Origin: Octopus sinensis
Lineage: Eukaryota
Length of the DNA: 64,000 nucleotides
Direction of reading: 5' to 3'
Assembly: GCF_006345805.1 (NCBI RefSeq)
Contig: NC_043016.1
Span: 15,190,001 to 15,254,000, forward strand
Shown: positions 36,720-49,720 of the stretch, one piece after another
Position numbering within the stretch: the first letter of the stretch is position 1
Layout of the letters: the number at the start of each line of letters is the position of its first letter
Notes under the pieces: model-generated
The model's input: the letters and a program-made list of their open reading frames with translations, nothing else
Told to the model about the DNA's origin: nothing
Databases searched by the model: none
Made by a program: the position numbers and the translations under genes

Positions 36720-38650
36720 TCTTACTCATTTTTCCGTCTTAGCACCTCTTCTTCCAAAAAGTTGCTTTGGTACTCCCCACAACTACATTGTGAAATATGC
36801 TCCATTGTTCTGCCAGATCTTTGGCCTTCTGCAGTACTTGCAACTTGTTGGTGACTTCTAAATGAAAGCTTCTCAGCACTGGAGCCAGCCTCACACTTTC
36901 CACTGCAAGTTGTCTATCTGCTTCTTTCTTTGTTAGTTTTTTCAGCCCAAATAATATGAAGGGCCTATCCTACATCTGTACCTCAATACACTTTGACATC
37001 TCTCAATCTTGTACTGATGCAGACACAGCCAGTTTCATTCATATTACGTAATATGGAAGCTGTGCTGAACAAAGGTGTTACCGATGCTCAGATGGTTCGT
37101 GTCGCAAAAAAGCAGGAATTGCTTGTTATTGTCTGCCGTAATATGCTTCAAACCAGTTTTGTTACTATCCAACCCCCACTGACCACCTTGATATCATGAC
37201 TGGGAACTTCACTACACACATCTTGCGCATGTTCATAAACACATCCGTGTCAGCATTATCTGCATTTTCAGTTGGTGCATACACTTGGATCGCTAATGTC
37301 TTTGAGAATCAAGTCATGAACTGAGCTGTTATAATTTGGTCACTAGCAGTTGTCCACCCTATTAGCACTTTAGCAGCCTTCACCCTACAGAATACAAGAT
37401 TGTCTTATTCTCACTGCAGTGCTGAAGAATAGAAGAAACCAGGCAAAAACTGAACAGAGTCACCAAATAGCCATGAACAACTATCAAGCTGCTCACAGAC
37501 AGGTGAGAAAATGATGTAGGAGGGATAAGACATAGGTAGCAGGAGCTCAGATAGCAGCAAAAAGAAATGACACCAGGACACTTATGTGCTAGATCTGACT
37601 GGTTCCAGAATCAATATAAGTGAGCCAGTGAAAGATAAAAATAGGAAAATTTTGCTGACAAAGGAAGAACAGAATACACTCTGGGTTCAACAATTCAAAG
37701 AGACTCTGAATCAATCTGAATAATCTGACACCCTCACAGTAATAGATCAGACAGTAGAACAGCTTTAAGTTACAACTGCACTCATTAGTGAAGATGAAGT
37801 CATTCAGGTTCCCAAAAAACTGAAAAACAATAAAGCCCCAGGGCTGAATAAGATCTTGGCTAAGTTAGTGAAGAATGAAAGAAACATCATGGTATAAAAA
37901 AAAATGTAATATCTGTTGGGAAAACAGAGCAGTGCCAGAAGAATGGACAAAGTGTGTCATAATTAAGCTGTCAGAGAAAGGCAATCTCAACAATTGCAGG
38001 GAAATCACTTACTGTCAATGCCAGGCATGGTCTTCTGCTCAGTCCTGCTACAACATTTAAAAGAAAGCATGCAGTGAACAGGATTTTGTACTGTGAAATA
38101 TTACGGAGCAGAGTTTAGAGTTCCACCAACCATTCATCATCAACTGTATTGATTTTGAAAAAGCTTTTATCAGCGTACATAAAGAAATGCTGTAGTGTAT
38201 GGCCAAGACATCTGACAGTATCACACTCCGTGTTCCAGCAAATGACAAGCAGAATGAAGAAATGGCAAAGGCAGGCCTAAGGATCAACAGAGAAAACCAA
38301 GGTCATACACAGGTCAGTGGGCAAGGAAAGACAGAACATCTTGTAAATCAAGAGCCATTGAAGATGTTGTCAACTTTCGCCTACCTGGGAAGCATTATTG
38401 TTATGGAGAGAGAGAGACAATGAGGTAGATGTTAATTCCATTATCAGGTATGCAGCAACAGCAGTGTTCAGAAGAATGAACAAGATCTGGTCCAGCATTG
38501 CAATTATCAACTATATGAAGATCCTGCTGTAGCAGAGCATTGTCCTGGCAGGAGAAACTTGGATAATGACTGCCAAGATCACTCAGAGGCTGAAGGCATT
38601 CCATCAATGGCGGCTACACAGAATAATCTCACCATGACCAGACATATTAC
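36720..38650. mobile_element. Second, older RTE-clade LINE with a 5' inversion
   Basis: Minus strand 37400->36720: IQVYAPT (endonuclease) through RRGAKTEK. Plus strand 37430-38650: AAHRQVRK*CRRDK, KLKNNKAPG, VPEEWTK, IDFEKAF. Confidence 0.75.
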
Positions 38651-38665
38651 ATATATATAAACATG

Positions 38666-38697
<32 letters not shown>

Positions 38698-38944
38698 ATA
38701 CACAAACACACACCAACTCCTGTAAATGCATATATATATATTCTTTTGTTTCAGCCCTTAGGGTACGGCCATGCTGGAAGACTACAGGGTATATATATAT
38801 TCGTTATATGCTTTCTGGCTTCCCAGATCCCCGGTCGAACGTCCAACCCATGCTAGCATGGAGAACGGACGTTAAACGATGATGATGATGATGTATTACA
38901 TATATCTGATACACTTTGGAGGAAGGGAGTAAATGAATAAATGT

Positions 38945-40450
38945 AGCACTTAAACACTTAACAAAGTTGGAGTTGTATGTATCTAAGGGCAGGTTGACTA
39001 GCTTCCAGTTTCATGGGCACAGAACACACATCCACATTGTTAGAGTATGGAAAGAATTTTTAAAAGAAAGTGATAACAGGCTCCAAGGTGAAAGAATTAA
39101 GATCCCTATTAGTCAGTCCAGGTAATGTGGGTGTGGTATGAGGTATTTCATTGGATGCTCCATCTGGTAAATCAGACAAGAAAGTCAGCATTGGTTTTTC
39201 AACATTCTACAGGATGAGACATTTTAGTAAAGAGGTAGGATGATTGTATGAGTTAGTTGGCATTTTCTAAGCTATGATATTTCTGTGGCAACAGTTACCA
39301 GTTGGGAAGTCTACTGGTCTGATTATGCTAGGCTATGAGTTTGTCTGACCAGCATGGTTGCTAAATAATAGTAGGTTCCAATCGTAACAGGCAGTAAGAA
39401 TTATACACTCTGCCATTATTCATGAGCCATGTAAGCCTAAAATGATATTTCCAGGTCAGCATCAGCCAATAGTTTGAAATTCATTTAATAAAGTATATTT
39501 CAAGTGACAACAATAGGATAAGTCAATTTTCCTATTCATGGATACTGTAGACATTGATTTATGTGTAGTTTCGCTCGGAGACAGAATTGGAAATTACAAA
39601 CTTTAGGTGAATAAGGAGAGACCAAGTCAAGATTGCTCAATGTGATATTGGGAAAGTCATTTTCATGGTCCCAGAGTCTGCTGACAAAGGAGGACAGGGA
39701 TGGATATGTTCCTACCTTTATACCTGAAGAAGTATACAAGTTGTGTGAATCTTACCTTGAAGCTATTGGATGCCATGCCATCAGTTGATGCATGGTTGGT
39801 TCTAGTGCCTTTGATAGGAAAGATCTTCCACTAGGCAGTGGGGAGGATTCCAGCAGTTATAGGTTGGAGTATGGAGTAACAACCTTGTAAATACATATCT
39901 GCTTTTGTTGTAGTATATAATATTGGAAATGGTATTATCTAGCATGAGTAGCCAACCATGACACTATGGAAATTAAGAAGTTTATAGGGTCTTAAGAAAT
40001 GCTAATTAACATCAGGAAGCTGCATCTAGATGGAATGGAAGATTAAACCAGATCACTTTCCTTAGCCTGTCTTTAGATTGGTGCAGGGGGTGAGAGTTTC
40101 CATATACACTAACTTATCAGTGTAGCCACTTCCCACTAGCACCTTGTTATAATGGAATGCAGCCCTGTTGAAGATCTCTGTCTGCCTACAGAATGTAGAT
40201 TCTTCTGTTGGCAACAGTGGCTGGGATTTCTAACTACAGCAGGTGTGTGTGTGTTTGGAGTGACTATCAATATAAAAAGCTACCTCGGTTGGCTTTTTGT
40301 CTCAAGGTCTCAAGTCACATCCAAAACGAAAACTTCTGTTAATTTGTTGGTAACAGTTACAGTTGGGCCAAATTCTTGGGAGTTGTTTAACAAGGTTCTT
40401 TCTAAACTTATCTATGGCATGGTCTTTACATTTAACATGGCTTGAGACTA
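38945..40450 (-). mobile_element. Very old CR1/L2-group LINE remnant
   Basis: Weak motifs only: SKALEP (cf. SKVLEK), KLLADA (cf. KLFADD), and FFPYS..W..LP near the 3' end. Confidence 0.4.
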
Positions 40451-40707
40451 GCAAACCATCATCCCAGGTGTGTATATTTTTTAGGGTATTCAGGATAAAT
40501 TACCTGGCTTCATAGACACATACATGTGTGCATTTGCACATGTGTGTGTGTATATACATATATATATATAAATATATATACACGTGTGTGAGTATGTGTG
40601 TATATCATCATCATCATTTAGCGTCCGTTTTCCATGCTAGCATGGGTTGGACATACACACACATATATATATATATATATACACACGTGTGTGAGTCTCT
40701 CTCTCTC

Positions 40708-40739
<32 letters not shown>

Positions 40740-40777
40740 CATGTGTGAGTGTGTGTATGTCTCTCTCTATATATATA

Positions 40778-41113
40778 TAAGACCCCCTTCAGTCATGAAA
40801 GGCCATGGGATTGCACCTCTAGAAAGTTACCCTCCGAGGCACAAGTCTAGGCAAGATCGTTTATGGAAGACCAGCAGTCGCTCATGCATACCAACCTCCC
40901 CTCTCCATGCCACCAATGTTATCCAAGGGAAAGGCAATGGGGCCGATACAGCTTGGCACCAGTGATGTCGCAACTCATTTCTACAGCTGAGTGAACTGGA
41001 GCAATGTGAAATAAAGTGTCTTCCTCAAGAACACAACACGTAGCCCGGTCCAGGACTCAAACTCGCAACCTCACTTTCATAAGCTCAACACTAACCACTG
41101 AGCCATGCACCTT
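40778..41113 (-). mobile_element. Second tRNA-derived SINE family with a CORE-like domain
   Basis: Minus strand: A box tggctcagtgg; B-box-like gagtttgagtcc; ttgaggaagacactttatttcacattgctccagttcactcagctgt. Partial copy at ~50430-50560. Confidence 0.75.
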
Positions 41114-41930
41114 CGCATATATATATGCGCACACACATTCTGACAGCTTTATCTATGGCTCCTGCACTAGTAAGGTCATTTTGCTCTTGACAGGGATGAA
41201 GGTGTCTTAATCCTTCTCTATACAGTAAATACTATGTATGATTTTTCATGATACCACCAATACAGAGGTAGCCATATCAACTCAACTAAAGGGGCATCTC
41301 AACCCACATCTTTCTTCATTCTCGACGAATGATAAGACGTGATAAAGGTACTCTATGTTCTGAAACAGGTAAATACATTCAAAGCAACACGACAAAGAGG
41401 ATAGAGTGATGACAGAAGGCAGCATGAACTAAGAGTTAGAGTGATGACAGAGACAAATGATGTGAATAAAAAAAAAGGAAGAGTGAAACAACATGATGGC
41501 TGGTAGTATAGTAGGGTGAGAGAAAAGGTAGAGTGTACTGGACACAATAGCTTCACTGTATTCTCTTATATAAAGGTCATGATGTGCCAGAAGGGTCAAA
41601 CGATGAGAGTGGTGGATTGGGACAATAGTATGTGGATTCTGTACCAACAAACAACACAAAGTGTTTGTGGAAGGGGAGGGTGAATTGTAAAAACAAACAT
41701 TACATGAAAGTGAATTAGGAAAGATTAAAGGTTGTGAAAGGATGGAAGAGATGGCAAAAGTGGACTTGATATAAATCAACATACACATACATCCTCGATG
41801 CATCTGAGGATTTAGGCACAATCTGCAAAGTTATGTGAAACTGAGTCAACATGTTATTAAATATTTGCAACTTCACATAAGTGTGTATGTTAAACGTTGC
41901 TTTCTTTAATTTATCACCTACTCATATATA

Positions 41931-41972
<42 letters not shown>

Positions 41973-41973
41973 T

Positions 41974-42010
<37 letters not shown>

Positions 42011-42082
42011 TAAATTTAATTGCAACATTTTCATGTACAACAGAATGTGTTTGCACATGAAGCAGCAGGTATCAGCACATAC

Positions 42083-42136
42083 TAAATTTCATTTTGGGAA
42101 CCACAGAACAGACCATCAAATGTATTGCCATTTTCT
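42083..42136 (-). CDS. Candidate 54-nt internal exon (phase 2-2), ENGNTFDGLFCGSQNEI
   Basis: Acceptor ttttgtttctgtatag|, donor |gtatgt, open frame compatible with the candidate exon ending at 44536. No transcript support; chance splice signals are common in AT-rich DNA. Confidence 0.3.
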
Positions 42137-42215
42137 CTATACAGAAACAAAAGTTCCAGCATAGCTCAAAACAACAGAAGTAGCACATGCATGTGTGTAT
42201 GTATGTATGTGTATA

Positions 42216-42251
<36 letters not shown>

Positions 42252-42277
42252 CATACATACATATACACACATACACA

Positions 42278-42465
42278 AGGCGGTGAGCTGGCAGGAATGT
42301 TAGCACGCCGGGTGAAATGCTTACCAGTATTTCATCTGCCGCTACGTTCTGAGTTCAAATTCCGCCAAGGTCTACTTTGCCTTTCATCCTTTCGGGGTCG
42401 ATATAATCAACTTAATCCGTTTGTTTGTCCCCTCTGTGTGTAGCCCCTTGTGGGCAGTAAAGAAA
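42278..42465 (+). mobile_element. tRNA-derived SINE with a Meta-like central domain
   Basis: ggcggtgagctggcag..gagttcaaattcc (B box)..tttgcctttcatcctttcggggtcgat; further copies at 52525-52800 (minus). Confidence 0.7.
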
Positions 42466-42579
42466 TATATATATATATGTATATATAAAAGTCATTTTAG
42501 AGACAGAACCACCTTCAACTCAACTAACACAAAGGTTTTATACTTTTATATATATATGTTCATATGGTCTTTGGCTAGA

Positions 42580-43640
42580 ACATTACCGACATTTTTATGA
42601 CTAAGTGTACCATGCTTGCTGTTGGTTCTTCTTCAACATCATGAGAATCACCAGTCAATAGCCTTTTGTTATTTCTGCTCCCTGCAACGTCTTGAGATCA
42701 GTCTTCAACATGCTATCTTGATCTTCCTCTTCCGCTGGTTCCATTCACTAGACGAGTGCAGCCCTCTTTATGTACCTGTTGTCCTCCATACACATCACAT
42801 GTCCATAACACTACCCTTCATGCACACTACATCTGAGTTTCTCTTCGAGCTCTTTAGTACTCATTCATACATGTTAACGTAATTCATCCTGACAAGTATG
42901 TGTGCTAGACTTCCCAATTCCACTGCATTCATGGCTCTTGTCACACTTCAATGTAGCAACTGCAATTCAAGCACATACCACACAATCAGCCTTTCATACT
43001 TAGCAGAAACCCTTCATTGCCAGCAGAGGTAATCACTCTACACTTTTTCTACCCCATCTTTACTCTAAGTTTTGAGAACATCCTTTACACTATTAATCGG
43101 GTTAGCTACACAATGGAAGCTTTCAGTTATTTGTAAGCAGCTCTCCAGACATTTGAAAGAATTCTTCTTTATAAGAGTTCTTACTGCTAACAAGCCTTGG
43201 GCATTTGCTATTGATAAAGTGCTTCTCAATCGGTGATGCCACTGCAGTTCTTAAGCACCTGTATTTCGTTTTCACCATACTATATTACAACCTTGTCTAC
43301 TACTTTTCTTCATATGAAGTATGTCCACATCTCAACTGGTAACAGATTCCTCCTGTCTTCTTTCATGGGAACTGAAGCCTGTCACTGTTGAGTTTATCTT
43401 AATGTGCTTCGATTCTAGATTTTGCTTTCATATTTGTAATTTCTCTATTATTCAACAAAGTCGTGTTTATGACCTAGGTCATCAAAATTCAGAAGTTGTC
43501 ATGTCACTGAAAAACAGTCTTAAATTCTTCTGCTACGGTCTGTAAAACTATAAACAAGAGCAGGTTGAGAATTAAGATCTGGTGGACACTTACCTGCACT
43601 TATTGCTAAATCTCACCTTGTTGGACAGCACAGCTGTACA
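42580..43640 (-). mobile_element. Old RTE remnant
   Basis: Reverse complement aligns loosely with the C-terminal region of 33960-34850. Confidence 0.55.
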
Positions 43641-43699
43641 AGTACACACTTATATCTAGGTTTGTTTGTGTGTATTTACACATACGCATAAAATATATT

Positions 43700-44185
43700 T
43701 GTAAACACAAACTCATATTCATAAACACAAAGTAAATACGAACTCCGGCATTCGTAAATACATTCACAAACACAGAAATACATTCAAAGATACGTATTGA
43801 CACGCATTCATAATCCCTAACTGATACACGTTCATGAACCCAAATTTGACACACATTCACATAACCACATATATTCATAAATAATTTTTAAAAAAAGCAA
43901 ACAATTCATAAATTCACATTTATAAACATAAATTGACACATATTCATAAACAGAAAATTAAATAGTCTTAAACACGAACTGGAATGCATTCATAAACACA
44001 AATTGAAAGGCATTCATAAACACAAACTGGAATGCAGTCATAAACACAAATTGGAAAGCATTCATAAGATCAAATCTGAAATGCATTCATAAACACATTC
44101 AGAAATGCATTCATAAACACAAATTCACATACTTTCATAAACACTTTCATAAACACAAGTTCACACATTCATAAACACAAACTCA
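43700..44185. repeat. ~24-bp minisatellite (core cattcataaacacaaa)
   Basis: At least 15 visible diverged units, e.g. gcattcataaacacaaattgaaag / gcattcataaacacaaactggaat. Confidence 0.85.
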
Positions 44186-44535
44186 CCATTAGATATATAT
44201 ATAGTAAACATACACTGAAAGGAAAACACACAATGCAAGAAAAACAATGTTGCAATAATAAACCAATAAAAGTAACAAATAGTAACGAATGTTTAAAAAC
44301 AAAAATGTACAAATATATGTAAGATATTATAAATACAAAGTCATAATGATAAATTAGATGCAAAAGAAATAATTTCATGTATGTTATTTCTGAAAAAAAT
44401 GGAAAATAATATGAAGCATAAAAATATCAACAAATGATAAACAGGGAAGTGGTAAAGGCTGCTATGAAGAAATAAGATGACAATATATTCTCACATGGGT
44501 AGGTCTGCTTTGTCTCCGGCTCCATATTCACTTAC

Positions 44536-44624
44536 AATAGATAGAGACTCAATTGGGCTTTGGCATAAAATTCTTCAAGTCTCTTTATAATAGAAGGGGA
44601 GAAAATGGAGAACCATTTTGCCAT
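44536..44624 (-). CDS. Candidate coding part of a 5' exon, MAKWFSIFSPSIIKRLEEFYAKAQLSLYL
   Basis: Consensus donor |gtaagt at 44535; frame open from ~44747; unique, non-repetitive sequence. Weak start context; an alternative start MEPETKQTYP (44525-44495, donor gtgaga) also exists. Confidence 0.25.
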
Positions 44625-44939
44625 ATATTCCCTATGATAAGACAATTTTGGCCGGTGAATGAGTCTTGATTCCGTCCATTCTGGGCCGGAAGAAGATTTC
44701 TTACAATCCCACAATTCATTTGTATAAAAGATAAAGACTAAAAAATCCTAATTATGAAAGGAAAATATTATTTCGGGTGTAACATATTCTCTATCATATT
44801 ATTATTTCGTTTGCAGTAACTTAGTCGGTTAGTACTTACTCAATTATTAGTACTGACTCTAAATTTAGGTGTTTTTAAGGCCCGTTATTAATCATTATAT
44901 GCGGCTTTTAAATAGTTTTCTAATAGTTTCAATTTTAGT

Positions 44940-45645
44940 AACAGCATTCTCATTGGCTGAGAGAATTGTGTTAGTGAAATAAATTGTAAGCTCGTCTGTG
45001 ATTGGTCCATTTATTATTATTTAGAATCGTCTACAACACTATTATTTTCAATATATTCGCAACTCTCCTCCTTACACGGAACTTATTGATTTACCAAAGT
45101 TTGTATAAATCTCACATTGAATTGTTGTTTGAACAATATATACATTCATACATAAATACACACACATATATATATATATAAATTTATATAGCAAATTTAA
45201 GTATAACTTTTCTGCCAAAATACATGGTTTTAATACTAAAATGTTCACTTCTGATGTTATAAATTTTTTTTAATTAATTTTCTATTTAGATAAAAATAAA
45301 TCAAACTGATGCCTTCAACAGCCACGAGTGAATTACCATTAAGATAATGGTTTTACTTTCAGTATCAGTTTTACTTTTCTATCACTAAATTTCTACATTT
45401 GGTAGAATTTCTCTAACAGTACAAGTTTCCTGTCTGAGTAGAAACTTATCTGAATGCATTTGTTGTACAAATTTACAGGAACAACGCATAATTTTTCAAA
45501 TAAAACATGGAATTATAAAAGAAAATTCATTCACTCATTGTAATAGACTATCTTTTAAAACTTGTTCATTATTAGGTTAATGACTAAAACTGAATATTTT
45601 TTCATGACGTGTCTGCTAGTCGCAGGGGAGGGGCGGCAACGATGT
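44940..45645. promoter_or_regulatory. Possible promoter region
   Basis: Repeat-poor. ATTGG (reverse CCAAT) at ~44954 and ~45001; TGACGT at ~45605; GGGGCGG at ~45630. Motif presence only. Confidence 0.25.
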
Positions 45646-47549
45646 ATCATGTCCTTTACAAACTATTTTGTTGTTATTCATATTTCCTTTCAGGTTTATT
45701 GTAAAGGTACGAACAATAGTATTTCGAATACTGCTCGACGATCTACAGAAATTCTTCAATATTTCAGCATTTTAAAGCCTTCTTTGCGTATAAATAATTT
45801 GTTTGAAAGGTACTCATCCACAAATAAGACCCCTAAAAGGAATGAGGGGAAGTAATTGCGGTGAAACTTTTTTTTCTTGTCTCAAAAATCGGAGGAATTT
45901 AGAAATTTCATTTAGGGTTTATATTAATGAAGATAATTAAATTGTTTGTTTAAAAAGATTTGCAGAAAAAAAAACTAAGCAATTTATAGTTTAATGTTAT
46001 TTATTCAGTTCAAATGAGAAACGCGGTTACATAATTTGATCCAAGCACCTTTTTTTTTTTTTTTTCTAATTTTCAAGCCACGTAAAATTTTCCAAGTGAG
46101 TTGGTTTGCTCTAATTAATTCCATCCTTTATTTATTGGTAAATTTCGCTCTTTTACAAATTTTCCTTTTTCTTATAAATGACTCGTTGATTATCTCCCCT
46201 TCAATCCTATTGAATGATCCTCAAAAGTCTGTTGTTGAAAGGAATTGCTTCTATGACAAAAATATACATTTCATTCACTTTAAGCACATTTTAAATTTTT
46301 GTCATTCCTTTACACGAATATGTACATTAGCTTTTCACTACATTTTAATTTCAATTCTGCTATTTCTTTTTTTATATCAACAAGTCATCAACCAGACCAT
46401 AATTTTTAAAAAATAATAAATACACTAAAAGTGTTTTTGGAATTATGTCCCTTAGCAGTTGTCTCCTCTTGAGTATTTCTTTAAAAAGGTGATTAGTTTG
46501 AAATTCTTCCGAAATTTGATGGTTTGTAATTAACACTTATAAACGGTAATTTATCAGTTACATTCATGAACATACTTAGGCAGAGCCATGTAATTCAGAA
46601 GTTCGCAGTCGGTAATTTTTTAAGATTAGATTCATTTACTCTGGGCATAGATATAGCGGTTTAGAAGTTAGTTTCAACATCCACGAAATCCCCGGGTTTG
46701 ATCCTACAGAGCTGCTCTTTGGTCAAGTGGTGTCTTCTGCTGAAACTTTGGACTGACTAATATTTTGTGTGTGAAATTGCATAGAGAAAAAGTATGCAGA
46801 AGCTGAGCCGTAGCATCTACTTGTATTGTTATCGATTCGGGAAATAAGTTTTGCCTATGTTGACAGTCTTTGAGTAAAGCGTACCACTTTCATTTTCTCG
46901 AAGTTGATGATAAACGGAAGGTGGGATGTGTGATTATAAGGAGATTCTAGGAACTGCATAGAGGTTCACTGTAAGGTAAAATAATAGAAATTATTCGATT
47001 ATTATTTTTTTTTTATGAGCTCGTATACAAGAATAACGAAAACCAATATATACTTCTTTTCTTTCTATAGATGTAAAATAGACAAATTCTTCGCAAAAAA
47101 CTTTTTCAAAAGCTCCAGCTTCCTTTTCATTTTCACAAATTGTTGATGATGATTATGGTGATCACAAATAGCAATTATAATCTTCAAATGCTCGACCACC
47201 ACCATGCTCTTTCGTCCTTTGCACCATTTCCACTCTAAAAATTTTTCTAAACAACTGTTGAACATTTTCTTCAGATGTACCATTCACTTTGATTTTTTTT
47301 CTCCATTGCACGAAACCATAAGAATTCATTACTGTGTACCTTTAATGAGGTTGATTAATTCTTACTATGGTTCATGATAAAGTGGTCAACTGCGTGCGGT
47401 GGAGCATATAATTGATCCACTAACAATTCCGTTTTTTATATTGAACAATGTCTATCGTCAAGAAAACAATTTTCCATTGCCATCTTATATAATTTCTACC
47501 ATAAGATATTCGTCTCTATCTGGCTCGATTCTCCTGAATCTTTCATGAA

Positions 47550-47865
47550 CGAGTAGCTGTGTGGTAAGTAGCTTGCTTACCAACCATATGGTTCTGGGTT
47601 CAGTCTCACTGCGTGGCACCTTGGGCGAGTGTCTTGAGTGGATTTGATAAACGGAAACTGAAAGTTACCGTCGTATATATGTTTGTGTGTCTGTGTTTGT
47701 CCCCCCAACATCACTTAACAACTGATGCTGGTGTGTTTACGTCCCCGTCACTTAGCAGTTTGGCAAAAGTGGCGGACAGAATAAGTCCTGGGGTCGATTT
47801 GCTCGGTTAAATGCGGTGCTCCAGCATGGCCACAGTCAAATGACTGAAACAAGTAAAAGATTAAA
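47550..47865 (+). mobile_element. CORE-type SINE (internal deletion)
   Basis: A/B boxes, CORE and 3' tail as in 30930-31311. Confidence 0.88.
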
Positions 47866-49284
47866 AAAAAAAGTAATTATAATTTTTCCCGTTTTGTCCA
47901 ATTTTCAATAAATCAGGGATTAAAAATATCACATCAATCAGTTTTAATAAATGGCGTTTATTGTATAAAAATTTTTTTTTTTAAATCTCTTTCTTCCTGA
48001 AATCGTTTGGCAGCACAAACGACATTGCCAACAATATTCATCTGCACCTTGGATAATTTTTCTTTTGCAATTAACCCAGGAAACTAGCAACCTATTTTAA
48101 AGCAAACCACATCAATGTGTGCAAAATATTGGGTGTCCGTTTGCTGTGTATGTTTCTTCCAATTTGTTGTACAATGTATAAATGTTCTCAGTACTTGTGC
48201 AAAACTGTCCTGCTACTGCTTGTTGCACTTTTCCAGTTGTAGAGAGAAAAGGGTACATTTCTTGTTATTGTAGTAATGTGCAGACAGCAATAACTAGTGG
48301 TCAGCAAAGATAACTGAGCGCTGGGGAATCCCCCAATTCCGTAAAAGTGACCAGTGATAAAATTACTGATGGGGAAGTCCAAGGTCAAGTGAAAGGGAAA
48401 AAAAAAACTTTTGTGAAAGTGGAAATGAATGGTTTGTATTGTAACATTTCCCAAATTTCTAATTCATCTTATTTTTGTTCCCTCGGTTACAACAATCATT
48501 ATAAACACTGACACTTTCACTGCTTCTCATCTAAACAACAATAAATTCTTTAATTTTGATGGGTAGACTTAATCTGTTGCTGGATTTAATACAACCATCT
48601 GATTCTTTTGCGGTGTTCACTTTGTTGCAGTTTTTCAGGCCAGGTCTCCGTTTTTGAGAATAACATCCTCTTAATTAGATTTGAAAGCATTGACAAACTA
48701 AAGGCTCATCAACATTCACCTTGTCTCTCTTAGCAAATGCTGAAAATAAAACATCCTGATGCAACCACACCATCCAACACCAATCAATCAGTTTACAGGG
48801 CAGTTTTTAAAAAATTATACAACTGTACCACAATATCGCTCTGGGGTTGATATGATTGACTAAAATCCTTAAGGTTAGTGTCACATCGTGGATTCAGTCT
48901 TGAATATTTTGGACTTTAACTATCGTTCATTAAATACATTGTATCACACTGTCTTCGACCACTGACATTTATTTTATTTTCCAATCATTTATTAATTATT
49001 CACATATTGTAACTGAGATTCATTTCTTGTAACAAGCATCTGGGATTAGTTCATTTGGTGACAGGGTTATCGAGGAAAAGAATGCCAGTCCTACAAGTTA
49101 TGACGATATTTGGGACATTAAAAATCTGCAAGACTTTAAGATTTAAAGGATGATGAACAAACTAAGATGCTTTCCTTCTCAACCTTGCTACCAAATAGGT
49201 GGCTGGTTGGAATTTACTCTAAATTAAAAAGACGACACACACACACATTGACTGCAAGCTGTGATAGGCCCTTCGATCTTGCAG

Positions 49285-49720
49285 ATTGACTGCAAGCTGT
49301 GGGTAGGCCCCACAGGTCTTCACGGTCTGTCTTACTGCCTAAATGCTGGTCGTTGTGCTCATCACTCTGAGCTAAACCTAATCATTAAATGGGCCTTGGC
49401 TCGGATTAATATCCCCTCGGTTCTGGAACCATCAGGCTTATCCAGAAGTGATGGAAAGAGACCAGATGTTCTTATCCTCTGACCCTGGGTTAGAGGTAAG
49501 CGACTCATCTGGATATCCTGGATGCTGTGGTAAAAGGGAGGATCACTGCTTCCATAGCCGAACAGGCCTAAACCCTGAAGTATTGGGACCTGACAGTAAA
49601 CCACCGAAGTGCCAGGTGATGCTCGTGAGGGCACTTGGCTTTTCCAATTCCTTAGTTTCGCCATCGCCCATGGTTAATGCTGGTGTTATTCAGTAGGTTC
49701 CATTGAACCTTGTCGTGTGC
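49285..49720 (+). mobile_element. 3' end of an RLE-type (CRE-like) non-LTR retrotransposon: zinc knuckle plus restriction-like endonuclease
   Basis: C..GLHGLSYC..GRCAHHSELNLIIKWAL..IPSVLEPSGLSRSDGKRPD..L*PWVRGKRLIWD fits the CCHC + PD-(D/E)xK signature (EP.GL.R.DGKRPDG.T..PW..GK.L.WD). Confidence 0.8.

Noticed and set aside
42083-44624. Assigning a gene symbol (CPS1/CAD) to the candidate exons
   Set aside because: The resemblance covers ~25 residues judged by eye, and the next conserved motif is absent from the window.
47065-47330. Minus-strand ORF, and a Tc1-like HTH resemblance (VQQLFRK..HGGGR) in another frame
   Set aside because: Too short and weak; no TIR or DDE motif found nearby.
48720-48739. 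20-nt minus-strand micro-exon candidate
   Set aside because: Cannot be joined in frame to the 44737 exon without a stop; no other support.
48000-49200. Cys-rich translations suggesting a piggyBac C-terminal domain
   Set aside because: Cys spacing is inconsistent and frames are interrupted; left unannotated.
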